A DNA stretch of 64,000 nucleotides, taken from positions 33,420,001-33,484,000 of the forward strand of contig NC_087251.1 in assembly GCF_037042905.1 (NCBI RefSeq), given 5' to 3'. This DNA is from Lytechinus pictus. Its lineage: Eukaryota. The notes under the pieces are model-generated. The model was not told where the DNA came from. It made no database searches and was given only the letters and a program-made list of their open reading frames with translations. Positions 39,416-53,112 of the stretch are shown here, piece by piece. Within the stretch, counting starts at the first letter, position 1. Each line of letters opens with the position of its first letter. Made by a program: the position numbers and the translations under genes.

Positions 39416-41998
39416 AGAGCGCCATCTCAGGCGAGGACTGTATCATGCAAGCACAACGCCAGTCAAAATATATACCCTGATACACAAAATAACACTTTTT
39501 ACGAAAGTTTGTATGTAAAAGTGCAGAAATGTAGGATTTGTATTCTATTTACATTTATAAGATAATAAGGCTGACCAAATCTTTGCCAACTTGTAGTAAG
39601 ATTTTTGTATATGTGACTGGCTATTTGAAATAAATCAAATCTGTCACGAATATTTAGGTGGTGCCAAAGTGAAATATTTCAATTAGTATAAAAGGTCATG
39701 ACATTTTACCTGATAAAATTTCATTGCTATTCAACAGATTAATACACACGATGTTTAATAGCAAAAGAGCAAAATATACTTGAATGTAATTATAGTTTTT
39801 ACTTTCTGAATGTTTGTTTGTTTTTGCAGCTTTGAATTTTTACAGTTTTCTCTTTTTTAAGTTTGGCTATAACTAACCTAAACACTAATCAAAATCTCAA
39901 GATTTGTAGAGACGAAAGACCGAATTCTTGCTTCATCGGGCTTGATCATAATTATCATTGATTAAGTGACTTTCATTGTTTTCTTTGACGGATATTTAAG
40001 ATCAAATTAATTTTGTCCACTTTAATGGTCAAAGTCTTGTTCATTACTTTTTTTGTAATGCATCACAGGTTAAACCATTTTGTTATGTTGAAAAAGATTT
40101 AGAGTCTAAAATATTTAATGCAGCTCTTCATTTTGTACACTGTTGATAAATAGTTCGAAAAAATAAAGATTTCTGTCGAAATATTTGCGATTTAATAATT
40201 GTTAGGATCGATACATGCATCTACATATTCACTACCATGCCAGAGTATGGTATTGATGATAGACCTACAGTTTTTTTTAATAACTTGGCGATAATCTATT
40301 TAAGAAAAGACAGTATTCATCTTGATATCTTAAGACCAAATAAGTTACAGTATTTTCCCCTTAATAATTTACAAAGGTTATGAGTAAGTTCAGTATCCCC
40401 TGTATCTCCTATGGACATGTTATTCCAAGATATATTCAACTGATGACTTTCTGTTTTTATTTCCCATGAAAATTGATTAAGCAGATTTGAAGATTTCAGG
40501 CAGGGACGGTTGCTCCTCGATGATATTCGATTCATGAAAAAAAAAATAACACCCAAGAGGGATTTGAAGATACTTGGGACAGGGGGATCGCCCCTATATG
40601 ATTTTCAATTAATAAAATAAAAAGAACCAAAAAGGGAGGGGAAAAGAAAGAAAATCAGGGAGAAAAAGGACGAAAGTTGAAAAAAAGCATATTATGTAAC
40701 TCCTTACTTCATTTCAGCGAAAAATCGTCTTGCCCCCCACCCTCAAAATACCCAGGTGCCGCCCCTGATATTTGATATGGAAATTCATTTAAATCAATCT
40801 TTTCTAGGGGGTGGACTTGACCTTTGAGTGCATCAATAATTTATAATAATTCTTAAAACGTCATGATTCATCAGATTATTTTGAATTGTGCTTATTGTAA
40901 ACGTTTAATTAAAATGGAAATCGAAATGAAATTTACTTACTTGGATAAGTATTGCTTTACATCATGCAATATATCTTAAAATTTTAGAATATATTTTTTC
41001 CCTTCCCAGGTGGTGATTTAAAACGCCACTCGATCTGAAAAGGAATAACGTCCTGTGATATTTTGAAGTTATCATGATGTGTGCTTGGATGGTAGATCAG
41101 GGAAATGTTACCAAGATTCCCCTGGTCAGATAATCAATTTCTACACCTGTGCAGTGATAAACATAAAGGGAACATACTCGCATGCACAAAGGGCAATTAA
41201 AGAAGGTTAAGTTTCTCTTCATATCATTGATTTTAAAAGATACGTAAGAAAATGGATTGACAGAGGAGATGTTGCAAGAGATGTTACCGGAATTACCAAT
41301 AACATTACATTATTAAGTACATAATCCAGTCTTTACTGTATTCATGAGATGGTTAATTGTTATTTGTATCAATAATTAAACATGACAGTTTCAAGTGCGA
41401 AATAACGATTAGATTATTTGAAAACATACACCACAATATTTCATCCACCACTGAAGTTTAATATAATATATGAGAAGATACATTTGTTATACAATGATAG
41501 AGACTGCAAAATATAAATGCCATTATACCTGATTGATAACCTGGTTATGTATGCGTATAATAGTTGGAAATTATTTTGGATAGGTCTATCACAGATATTA
41601 ACTTTCTATTTATTGTATTAAATTTAACATTAATTTTGATTACATGTTTTTTTTTTCGAGATAGATATTCTCTGTACTTTTATAAGATATCCCATGTAGG
41701 ATTTATGGAATTTAAACCGGGTCAGACGTGTAACTGAAAATATGATGACAAATTCGGTGTAGGATTTTGTACCCATAAAGCTTCCCCAATCTAATTGTGA
41801 CTTTGCATAATTATTATGGATGAATTTATGTCATCGATTTAAGAGAAAGGATTATAATTATATTATCGCTTATGACTCACGCATGTGATTTCTTGTATTT
41901 GCAACCCGTGAGCACAAGAAGGTTTTGTAAATCTGAAAGGTGTTATTGAAGTCTACTTTGTGAAGTAACAAGCTTTCACCTTCACCTTCCATTATTAA

Positions 41999-42426
41999 AG
42001 GGATGGTACGGGCTGAAAATATTTATATCTCAATAAATAGAGTAAAATTCACAGAGCAAAATTCCAAAAATTTCATCGAAATTGGATAACAAATAACAAA
42101 GTTATTGATGAAATAAGTTTCAGCAATAAATATCTAATGCACTAAATCAGTTGTCAATCCATTATTTAGTTCTTGGAGGTAAAATTTTGAATAAATATAA
42201 TTACATATAATAACATACAAAAGAACAGGTGGGGATATGGCATCATTAATTTGCTCATTGAATATTCATGAAGACATGCCAAGAACTGTTTCCCTGGAAA
42301 ATGCAAAGATCTAAAATGTCATAACTTTGTTCTTCCTTGTCCGATTTTGATCAAATTTTCAGTCTTTTGTTAGTCTGATTTTTTTTTAATCTCTTCAAAT
42401 CATGTACTTCAGCCTGGAGTATCTCT
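41999..42426. mobile_element. Kolobok-like MITE with TTAA target duplication
   Basis: ttaa-agggatggtacgggctgaa ... ttcagcctggagtatctct-ttaa. A related internal fragment lies at ~23550-23745. Confidence 0.75.
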
Positions 42427-44507
42427 TTAATAAGCATAGGACTGAATGTAAAGAATTTCTAAAGATTAATAGGCCTGTCACAGATTTTCACATAGGTAGG
42501 GCCTCCAAAACAACATATAAATATACTGAATTTCAGAAATATTGATTAGAACAACTACGAATGATTTCCACTATTCTGATAAAGTCATTCCGAATGAGAC
42601 AAATTTATAGAACCTCTGTACCATATCTAAAATAACCCTTCAATCTAAAATGTACACCAGACCTCTGTGTACAAATAATTCCACTTCAAGGAAATGTTGT
42701 TATAGTAAGATTCTTTAAGGCTTTTTTGTTACTTCTGACCTTGAGTTTGGTTATAGAAGATGTTTTGAAATATCGTGTTATTACATTACTGATTGTAATA
42801 CCAATATGTGTTTTTTTATCGATCGAAATATTTTGTGAATCATTGAAGTGACTAATCAATGTGGCAATATCAAATTCAGATGCAAGATATTCATTTTTCG
42901 AACGGAAGGCAAGGAATAAAAATGTAAATAGAGAGTGTATCATGCACTAAAAATATGCAGTAACTGCATGGAACATCTCAGTGCAAATATGTATCATATA
43001 GTGACTAATGTAGATTTGTTGCCGTGTGCTGTATGTATATTTGCCGCTTGGAAAAATATAATGCAATAAAATGTCATAGCAAATAAGCCTGAAATATCGG
43101 AAGACGGGACTCCCTTTTTGTGGATCAATTTGACGTTGATTAGCGTAAGTGAAAGTCAGAAGACATGGTATTATTCTCCCCCAGACGCGGCGCGCTTTGA
43201 TCTTTCGCCGCATTACATGTGGATCGGCATTGAAGGCGTAATGAAGAAATATGGATTCAATTGTCTCGCTCTCTTTTACATCGCTTTAACTGAATGATTT
43301 TTCTCAAGCACACTTATCTTCAAACCGGGCCCATCTCACCGTGTTCCATACCTTGGCTATCTCCTTCTTCATTAAGCACCTTACATCTTTCTACTCTCAT
43401 CTCATATCTCTTTCTTCTAGCTTCGCTTTGCTGTTACACAGATGATAATCTATCTAAGGGGGCACATCCTCTGAAGTTTCAATCTCCTTGCTTCTTGCAT
43501 AATGACACCCACATTTTTTTGTTGTTGACAGTTTCTGACTTTCTGCCCCTTTAAAGGTTCATTAAAAAATGCCGATTTTCCACAATCATTGCGCTCTCAT
43601 CCTAGTCTGCTGGGCAAACCCTTCACTCGAGTTAAGGGTCTGAATGTGCAGCCTACTCATGCCTTGTGTACTGAAGGCTCTCTCGCTCAGGAACAGCAAG
43701 TTTTGTATGTGCTAGTCTTTGCGTGGAGGCACACTTATTGACCAAAGTTCCAATCAGGGTCTGTGCCTGCAGACTACTCTCATCCCTTGTATGCGCTTAC
43801 CACTTTGCATAAACGAATAAAAAAGGCAATCCATTGAGATGGGCCAATCCTATCCCATTTTTTTCTTAATTTCAGTTTCATAGGGCAAAATTAGATGGCA
43901 CCGTTGTTTTGAAGACTTATAAGTGTTTCATAAAAAGGAGATGATTATGGGCGGCATGCAAATAAGTATACATGTACATGAATCGATAATCATTTTTTCA
44001 ATTATCTACAATTTTTAGGCATTCTATTTTGATTAAATGAATTATTATTTTTTCTTTCGAAATGATTAAATGAATAATTAATAGTCTATCATACAACTTT
44101 CCCAAATCCCAGTCAACAACCCCACCCCACGTCATTTTCAAATGAAAAAGGCCCCGGGTAAAAAGTATTGTCGCCCGAAAAGTGATAACAATTTTACCGA
44201 AATCTAAAATGATTTGACTCAATTGATGATTAAGAGCCAGATATATTCGTCGTTGCAACAGAATAATATCGATCTAATGAAATATACATGTGATATCACG
44301 GGGGGGGGGGGGGGGGGGTCCACTTGCCTTATCACAATACCAACATGCGCCGTTTCTGAAAACAATAAATGCTCTTAATTTTCTCATACTAATTCCGATC
44401 AAAGAGAGATTCTACTGATGCACTGCATGGTTATGTTTGTGCTCTATATATACGGTATTTGAAATTAAAATTAACTTGATACTATGGTGAACTCTAGTCT
44501 TCTCCAA

Positions 44508-44913
44508 GGCAAATTGCCAATTCGTCTACTGCACTCGTCCTTTCACCACATGGTCTACTTTCATTTAGTCTAATGCCATTCCGTCCATCAACATTTCGTC
44601 TAACAACCATTTGGTCCAATAACCATTTGGTCCAATCATCACCGTTTCGTCTCTGGCCATTTTGTCTCCTAAACCCGTTGGTCTAATATCCATTTCATTT
44701 TCATTCATTTTGCACAATAACACTTAGTACAATTAGACCAAATGGTAAATGGACTAAAATAATGGCTATTGGACCAACTGGTTATTAGAAGAAATGGTGA
44801 GTGGGCGAATTGGCAATTAGACCATGTGGATAGTGGACGAACTGATAGTAGACCAAATGATAGTTGACGAGTTGGTAATGGACGAATTGGCATTAGACCA
44901 ATTGGAAATAAAC
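44508..44913. mobile_element. Foldback-type element built of inverted short subrepeats
   Basis: Left half is (ttggtc/tcgtct)n and right half is (gaccaa/gacgaa)n, with termini tgccaattcgtc / gacgaattggca. Confidence 0.75.
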
Positions 44914-45050
44914 GTTCTCTAATTAAGAGAGGAAGAATAGGGAAATGTTAAGATGTGGGGGTAGCAAGATCCAAGGTGAATATGAAAATCAACGGGGGGG
45001 GGGGGGTGGTGGAGATATAGAGATAGAAGATAGAGAGCGAGACGGGGTGA

Positions 45051-45400
45051 CAGTCAGGCTGGCAGACAATTAACAGAGAGGGAAAGGGTGAGAGACGAGG
45101 AGAGGGGGTAAATAATGAGGAAGAGGGATCGTGTGTAGAAGAGCGAGGGGGGTGCTGAAGAAGAGAGGGGGAGGGAGGGGGGTGGGGGCGGTGCAGAGGA
45201 AGAGAGGGGGAGGGAGAGAGAGAAAGACATGCAGTCAAGCTGGCAGACAGAGAGGGAGAAGATGAGAGACGAGGAGAAGGGGTAAATAATGAGGAAGAGG
45301 TGACATTGTCTCAAGAGGAAGAGGTATCGTGTGTAGAAGAGCAGGGGGGGGGGGGGGGGGAGGGGTGCAGAGGAAGAGAGGGGGAGGGAGAGAGCGCGAC
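45051..45400. repeat. Purine-rich tandem duplication, period ~181 bp
   Basis: cagtca.gctggcagaca starts at 45051 and 45232; shared ggggtaaataatgaggaagagg and atcgtgtgtagaagagc. Confidence 0.8.
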
Positions 45401-46859
45401 TGGGGATTAATACTAATAGCGTGAGGTGACAGTGAGAGAGTGGATGGAAGGAGTGATGGGGAGAGATAGAGAAAGAGGGAAATAAGGGATTTAAGTATTT
45501 TTTTTTGCTCCATAAACAGCATTTTTTTGCAGCGCTTCGTAAACGAAAGGAAAAAGGCGCTATATGAAATGTCTATTGAATTGGAATGGATTCGGTAAAT
45601 GTGTTTGTAAAATATTCAAGAACATGGCAGAGCGAAGAGACTGATATCAATTTAATTTTTAAGCCCCCCCCCCCCCTTGTACGCCAGAGTTCTTAGATCT
45701 GATGAGAAACATTGAAACATGTTTTGGAAGGCCATGCATAGATACTATGAATCGTGTATAATATATTTACCAAGTTAAAGGCCTATCTATACAGCTAACT
45801 TTTCCATTTTATCTGTCTGTTAATAACATGATTATAATTGATTATGAAGATTCACATCCCCGATTAGAAACATATGAAGTTAAGTCCCTTTAAAGGAATT
45901 ACATTAAAACAAGGGACCCGTTTCTGTTTTTTTTTTACGAGTAGCCTTCCAAATCGTATCTATTACATTGACAAATCTAAAGCAACATGCTGACCGCTAA
46001 CTATCCAATTTCAATGGGAGAGATTTACCGGACTTGAACGCCAGCTTTCGGTTCTTCACTCGAGGTCTGTTTTATTCCAAACAAATTTTCACGCTTCCCC
46101 TCCCGCAGCTGCAAGCTCTATAGCAGAAATAAAGGCTCATCCTTTTGTCCTTGTGTCAAAAATTAGGGGGAAATAGAACAGAAAGGGGGAAATAAAGCCC
46201 CCCACACGCGATCTTAACCCTATTGCGAAATAAACAGTCGTTTGCTCTACGGATCTACGTCAGCGATCGGCACACGACGATAAAAATGGTAATCAGTTCA
46301 CTTTGTCTTCTAATGTAAACCGTAAATGAACGAGCTGAACAAAAGAATATATTTATTCAATCTCTGAATTTATTTCAAGCCATCGAGGGCGGGAATATCA
46401 TTTGCAAAATGCGGTTTCTGGTGGTGGCTAGCGAATCGTGAAATTCTGTGGGATGTATTATGGTTACACTTGATGTAACTCCCGAGTTTGATAAATAAAA
46501 TTGACACTTTGTGAGAGTAATTTATCATTCGACGAAAGAAAAAAAATTGGAAAAAGCTGCATTGTGTCATTTTGGTGTCTGTCAAATCTCATCAAATCAA
46601 GTCAGCTGTTAATGGATGTAGCAAAATCTATTGTTTCTTCCTTTGTTAATAATCGATTGATTTTTCATTTAGTTTTGTCTGCTATGTGCGTTTTCACCGA
46701 CCCCCTCCTATGACACCTTGTAAAAACTACATTAAATCTTCTTTTCTCCCTCGATCTATTCTATTTTTTCAACATCTTTGCATATTTACATTTACTACAT
46801 AATGTAAACCAATTTAATCAAGTCTTTTTCTTCAATCAACCAATGATACCATTTCAGTT

Positions 46860-47070
46860 ATCACCATCATTATCATCGTCGTCACCACCACCACCACCAC
46901 CATCACCACCATCATCCCCCTCCTCATCTCCATCACCATCGTCGTTTCAACAAATGCCACCATCTCACAAACCACCACCATAAACTTTGCGTTACTTTAC
47001 AACAGCAACAGCAACTGCAACAGCTTGCCACTACCACTACCACCATACCTACATCCCCATTAACACCATA
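46860..47070. repeat. Degenerate (CAC/CAT)n trinucleotide microsatellite
   Basis: Direct reading: caccaccaccaccaccaccatcaccaccatcatc. Confidence 0.85.
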
Positions 47071-47249
47071 CATATCAACATATCCATTAAAACGTCCAAA
47101 TCAGTTGCATCTACACCCTCCTCTCATCTGTATAATAACCCCTTCAAAAACATAGGAGTTTTAACATGACAGTCCTCAACGGCGCAAACTTTTCCTACAA
47201 CAAACCTTCTAGGCAAATAAAGAAAGTGTTAGTCTTGAATTTATCATAC

Positions 47250-50200
47250 AATCAGAAATAGTGTGCTCTTTTATTATCAATATCGTACATGTATAATAAT
47301 GATACGATGGATTTTCACACAGAAATCTAAAGACAAGCGGATCCTCTCTGTCGAAATCAGTCCAAAATGAGACTGAAATAAACACAATATGACCAACATA
47401 GGGGGTAAGAAAAAACCACAGAATAATAGGGTTTCTGTTAAGGGAACAAAGACGTTACATCATCACAAATGTGACAATATATTTATATATTACTTCTAAT
47501 TTGAAATTAAGAAAAAAAGAGAGAAAAAAACCTACTATACACACATAGTATGCAGTAAAAACTATACACTAAAAACAGAGCTTCATAGCTTCATACCGCT
47601 AAGAATGAATTGTAATACAGCGCAGGCGATGATGACGATACTTTTGTTTAAAAAGTTTAACGTCACTTCTGTAAGTGAACCAAAACGCATAACACATCCA
47701 CAAACTTAAAAAAAATCATTATCATGAAAAAGAAGTCATCTTTAACCTGTGCTAAGCTTCTTATATTTCATATTCAATTGGTATGCATAACCAGTATGCT
47801 TCAATTAAAGTAAAAACTTATGGTCAACCATCCTTACAAAAAAAAACTTTGATACGAAAGAGCAGCATAAACCTTCTATGATATAAAAAAAACCTATTTA
47901 AAAATTGAAAGAAAATAATTCTTAGGTAAAAGTTCATTATTTAAATTGGCTAAAAAATGAAAACCATTTGCTTGTTGAAAACTACTGAATAGCTCTTTCA
48001 AGAAGAATTTAAAAAGTTTTTGGTTATTTTTAAGAAATAAAAGTAAAATACAATGATTTTGATGTAAAATAATTAACAGGAACTGGTCTTAAAAAGTTTT
48101 AAAAGTTTTTGGTTATTTTTAAGAAATAAAAGTAAAAAAAAAAGATTTTGATGTAAAATAATAAACAGGAACTATCCGACCATTTGTTTCCTTATTTCGT
48201 CTCCATGGTTCCCTCTATCATTATAAAGCAAAGTATAAATGTATGATTATCTAAGTAATTATCTTGAATTTGATATTAATAAAATGCCCTGAAACAACAG
48301 ACGATAGGAACAGATCAATAATAACTTTATCAATGATAGATTTGGCAATTCAAATATAACTGAAAGCAAATTATAGAGCTTTAAAATAAAATGTTTTCTG
48401 GCATTTATGGTGGATAAAAAAAAATACAGTCCTATTAATTTAGCAACTGTTCAGTGGCATCTAACATTGGCAGTTTATCTTTTGACATATCCTAAGAAAA
48501 CAACGATTAGTTGAAAAAATACTTATGAGATGTTTAAGTTAATACAACCTGGATTGTTTGTACCTGATGAAACTAAATTGACAACTTTTCTGAGTGGATG
48601 GATTCGGTGGCATTCTACAAAAACACCACAAGTCATGATAGAAAAAAAAAAAGGATTGAAATTCTTTAAATATTAATCAGATGAAACCAAACAGTAATAT
48701 CAGCTGCGGATTTTTAAATTACATGGAAATAAAGAAACCAGAGTCTTGAAAAACAACTACCACATCCTTCCATCACAAGTGTATGTTCATATGAGGGCTC
48801 TCTGTACTCCCAAACTAGAAACTGGGTGTGGAACAACCAAAAACAAATGAAGATAATTTTCACGACCGATTCTCCAGTCACAATCTTTATCCTGACCCTA
48901 AAACTTGGGAACTGTTTATACATGTACCTCCTTACCAGCAGGTAAGCCACAGTATTTCTTTTGATTCACTGTTCCACGCAAACACCCTAAAGTGGGGCTA
49001 CACAAGGAAATTAGGAAAACTACTGCAAATATCTCCTTTAGAATAGAGACGGTATGTAAGAAGTCTTCTTAATAGACGGTATGATTCGATTAGTAGTTTT
49101 GGCTGTATTTAAGTGTTAAGTTGTATTTATTGTAACTATCCATGTTGCTATTAATTTAATGTCATTTGCTTGATCCTAAAACTTATGAAAACATAGAATT
49201 AATCTGGGGAAATACCTGCAAAGGAGAATAGAGAAAGAGATACCACACTCGATGAAAAACAGTCATGTACAAAGATGATTTGTTATCATCAGCATGTGTA
49301 TCTTATTACAGTTGCATTGTTTACGAAGTCTCACTTCTGTTCCCCTTTCTTTTGAATCTTCAAAATCCTATTTACATCTTGACATAATATTTTTTTGGCA
49401 CTTTCCTCACGTTGCTAATAAAAAATGAAATAAAACTAACATGACACCATTATTACACATATCGACTTGACACCAACAATACAAATTATTATAACTGGTA
49501 AAATCTTCATGTAAATAAACACATTCTGTTGAAATTAATACATAAACAGAGCTTATCATCTTTCTCAAAAAACGTTTTTTTTCTAGTGATTTACAGTCAA
49601 TAACCAAGCCATTATTTACAATTATATCAGTGAACTATAGACAGATTAAATCATCATAATCTTCACCATTTCTTCAGTCTCAATATTTGATATTGAAATA
49701 TATCCACACAACACATTGACAACAAATAAAGTGGGTTGATGAAAAAGGGCGTATAGGAATCAAGATGACATATGTTTTCTAAGAGCTTCTCATATGTGCA
49801 CAACCCAACCCTAAGATCTACGCTTCCTTTGGCACTCATGAATAATCATAGATATTAACCCAAATCTTTCACAATCCCCCAAATCTTTCGCAATACTCAA
49901 AATCATTCCATCTATTAAAAGAGTGAGAAGTACAACATTCAGAGTACATCATTAAAAAATTAAATTAAAAAAATTCAAAATTATATCATTAGTATTGGCG
50001 ATACCTAATTTGGGTTAAACATAATGCTTGTATGGGGGATGGTAGAAATTGCAAAAATTTAGTTGGTTTCATTTATATATTAATAACATGTTTTTTCTTA
50101 ATATGCCCAAATTGGAGACACGATGTTAATTTCAGATGCCAGGGACAGATATTAATGTTTTAAGAGAGGCAACATGAAACATTAAATCAGGAAGAATATC

Positions 50201-52583
50201 TTTACATCTTATGCTCTCAAAATTCCTCTGACATACAGGGTGATCAAAATTGGCAAAGAATTTGACAAAAAAGAAAAATCTTTGCAGCAAAATATTCATG
50301 GTTATAAGAGAGTGAAAGACACTTTTTTTTTTTTTTACAAAAATGAATCATTAAAAACAAAAGAAATCAGTCAAATGTTCTGATGATCCACTCTGCTATA
50401 CTGCATTGTCCAAACAACGGGAGGCTCATGACTTTCAAAAAACGAATTCATAATACAAATTCTTAATAATACAACAAATTCTATCAGTGAAGTTAGCTCA
50501 AATATCAAGATAATGGTTAATACTTTTTTTTTTAATTATTATTATTGTCATCAATGCAATAATGTTATTCAACAAAATTCAGCTTGATGCTGACCCAAAG
50601 CAATACTGACTTTATTTCACAATATATTTGAGAGCAAATCAAAATGTCATGTAGTACAAACTTTTTGTAGTTTTTCGGTGAATTAGAAATAAGATTAAAC
50701 ATCATTTATATTGAAAAGTATAAGAAAGAGAAATAAATATATAGTTAAAGAGTGAGAGTCATGTGTTTGTGTGAAAGAAAGAGAGAGAGGGGAAGAGGGA
50801 GGGGAAGGGGATAAGAAAACAAAGGCATAAAGGTAGACATAAGAGAGGCAGAAAGAAGAAAGGAAAACAAAAACATAATGAAGAAAGGAAATGACGGGAT
50901 TTAGGATTTGGCAAATAAAGAACAAACTGAATTATTTTCTTTCTCCTACTTCTGAAATTGAAAGGGAGAGTTTGATAGAACCTGTTCAAGGCAAAAGCCT
51001 ATAGTTCTAAATAATCAAACAAGCCCTTCCATAATACTGATCCAATCACAATAACACATTCATCTCTTCAAATAGAAATTTTGATTACGAAGTATGCCTT
51101 TCTTCTGAAAGATTAAAGGAATATCACATAAATTTTGAGATGGCAAAGGTAAATACTCTTAAATTATCTATCAAAATAGAAAATTGTAACAAGTGATGTT
51201 GGTGTTTTAAAACGACGTGAAAATTACAGTCGTAATTATAAGTAATTTTGCATTCTATTGAAAAATAATTTGAATTTCATATTACATTATCATTCTCACA
51301 TAAATAAAAACTTGATAACATTGTATCACAATCTTAAGTCATTATCTTCATTGAATTAAATATAATTTCTTCAAATCATTATTAGCTAATATAAATATGA
51401 ATAGCAAATTATTGAGACATTGATTTTTGTTGTTGCCTTTTTGGCTTAGATCATATAAAATTGAAATAAGAGATTTGAAAAAATCTTCCCAGGGATTATG
51501 TCATACGATCAACAACAGACGCTTCCCTTCACTTTTTCTCTAATAGCAAGATTAAAAATTAACTTCTCCCCGACCATTTACAATATTTGATTGTAACAAA
51601 CAGGGTACTTTCTCACAAACAAGTCATGAAGGACAAGTGCTACAGAAGACCAATTGAGCCAATCAAATTGGAGGATTTCCGTACCTTACACTGAAAGCAT
51701 TGGGTGAAACAGGGCCCATAACTGAACTGAAACAAAGAGACAAACATCACCACATCATCAAGGATACCATCTTTACATATCAATTCCCAAAACAACAAAA
51801 TTTGGGGTGAAATGAAGGAAATCTCTGCATATTTCCTTCAAACTCTGTGGAATGACTACGAAATGAAAACAAATAATCCTTATGGACGCACCCATATTGG
51901 TTTTGAGTGCAAAGGGTGATTGTGTCTTTCCTCTGTCAGATGGTAGTAGTTGAGCCCTTGTCCACCTCCTTGGAGTCCAATGAATATCTCGCCTGTGCAC
52001 TAGGTTACAGTCTTTGTACAATCTTCATGATATCCCTCATAAGATTACCCTCCAAATGCAAGTTGAAGCGTTTAGAAATGCGTTACTGCAGCTGTGTCCG
52101 AACTTGCCAATCCATGAAAGAGCAGGAAAATGTTTTTATCTTCTTTTAGTTTTAGGAATTGGTCTTTTAATACTTCAGTGTTTACAGATCATATTGAATC
52201 TCTCTTTGGCCGCTATTAAGAAACATGTCATTGACTTGGCATAGTTTTAGTACAATTATGATGATCCATCATGTAGGGCATATTGGTGCATCAGCAACAA
52301 GGGGGTCATCGTAATGTTCAACTTTCTTAATGTCATTTTGTAAACAAAATCAGCCTCTCGTCTTGTTTTGTTTGGCCTCTTCTTACCATAAGGATCACAT
52401 CCCATCCTCTGGACAGTCTTTGCCATTAGAATGTCAAAATCATAACATCTTTTGAATGTTCACAGACAATTATTATTGGGATTGACCTTCAAATGGTTCA
52501 AGAATGACTAACTGAATGGCTTCCACAAAGAGGGGCCAAACTTGTTTTTATAGAGTCCATCTCCCTCAAGACGGGGCCAAACG
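47250..52583 (-). other. Probable long 3' UTR of the nuclear receptor gene
   Basis: Persistently U-rich on the - strand and poor in transposons. AATAAA on the - strand at 47270-47275 is followed by U/GU-rich sequence; further AATAAA sites lie at ~49126 and ~50611. Confidence 0.5.
48011..48174. repeat. Tandem duplication, period ~89 bp
   Basis: aaaagtttttggttatttttaagaaataaaagtaaaa...gattttgatgtaaaataa..aacaggaact occurs twice. Confidence 0.9.
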
Positions 52584-52828
52584 TTAAACGTTGAAAATCT
52601 CTGAGATGAGGGGGAAGAGGCTCTCAAACTGGGAATCCGGAAGCTTCATGGACATGAGGTCATCAACGTGGTGCGTGACCAGGTCTCGCACATCGGTCAG
52701 CTTCATGATGAGCTTGGCAAAGAAGACCTTATCTTCGGGATGGTTGATTTTGGTCAGGGTCTGAAGAGTCTCCACCATCGGCCTCTGTATCTGCTCCACA
52801 TCTTCTCGACTCACTATCTCTGGTCGAT
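52584..52828 (-). CDS. NR1H/I/J-group (FXR/LXR/EcR/VDR/HR96-like) nuclear receptor, last exon (LBD helices 9-12)
   Basis: Acceptor ttttcctccag, phase 1. DRPEIVSREDVEQIQ...HPEDKVFFAKLIMKLTDVRDL...LFPLISEIFNV*, with an intact AF-2 motif. Confidence 0.95.
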
Positions 52829-53112
52829 CTGGAGGAAAAGAATGAAAACATATTAATAAATATTACCTCACTCAGAGCATGGAACACAATGAATCATAGC
52901 AAATGTCAAATTTCAATAAACGAAATTTGAAAATGTATTGTGTAATATCTATAATATATATAATATATTGTTTCTGATTAATAAATAATCTAGGTTACTA
53001 CAAGAGTGGAGCTTGTAGTTGCTTGGACCTGACTGATCATCAAATGTTGAATCTTCAATTAGTTCCCTGACTCACTAAAGCTAGGATTCTTACAAAGACA
53101 ACAGTTTCTTAC

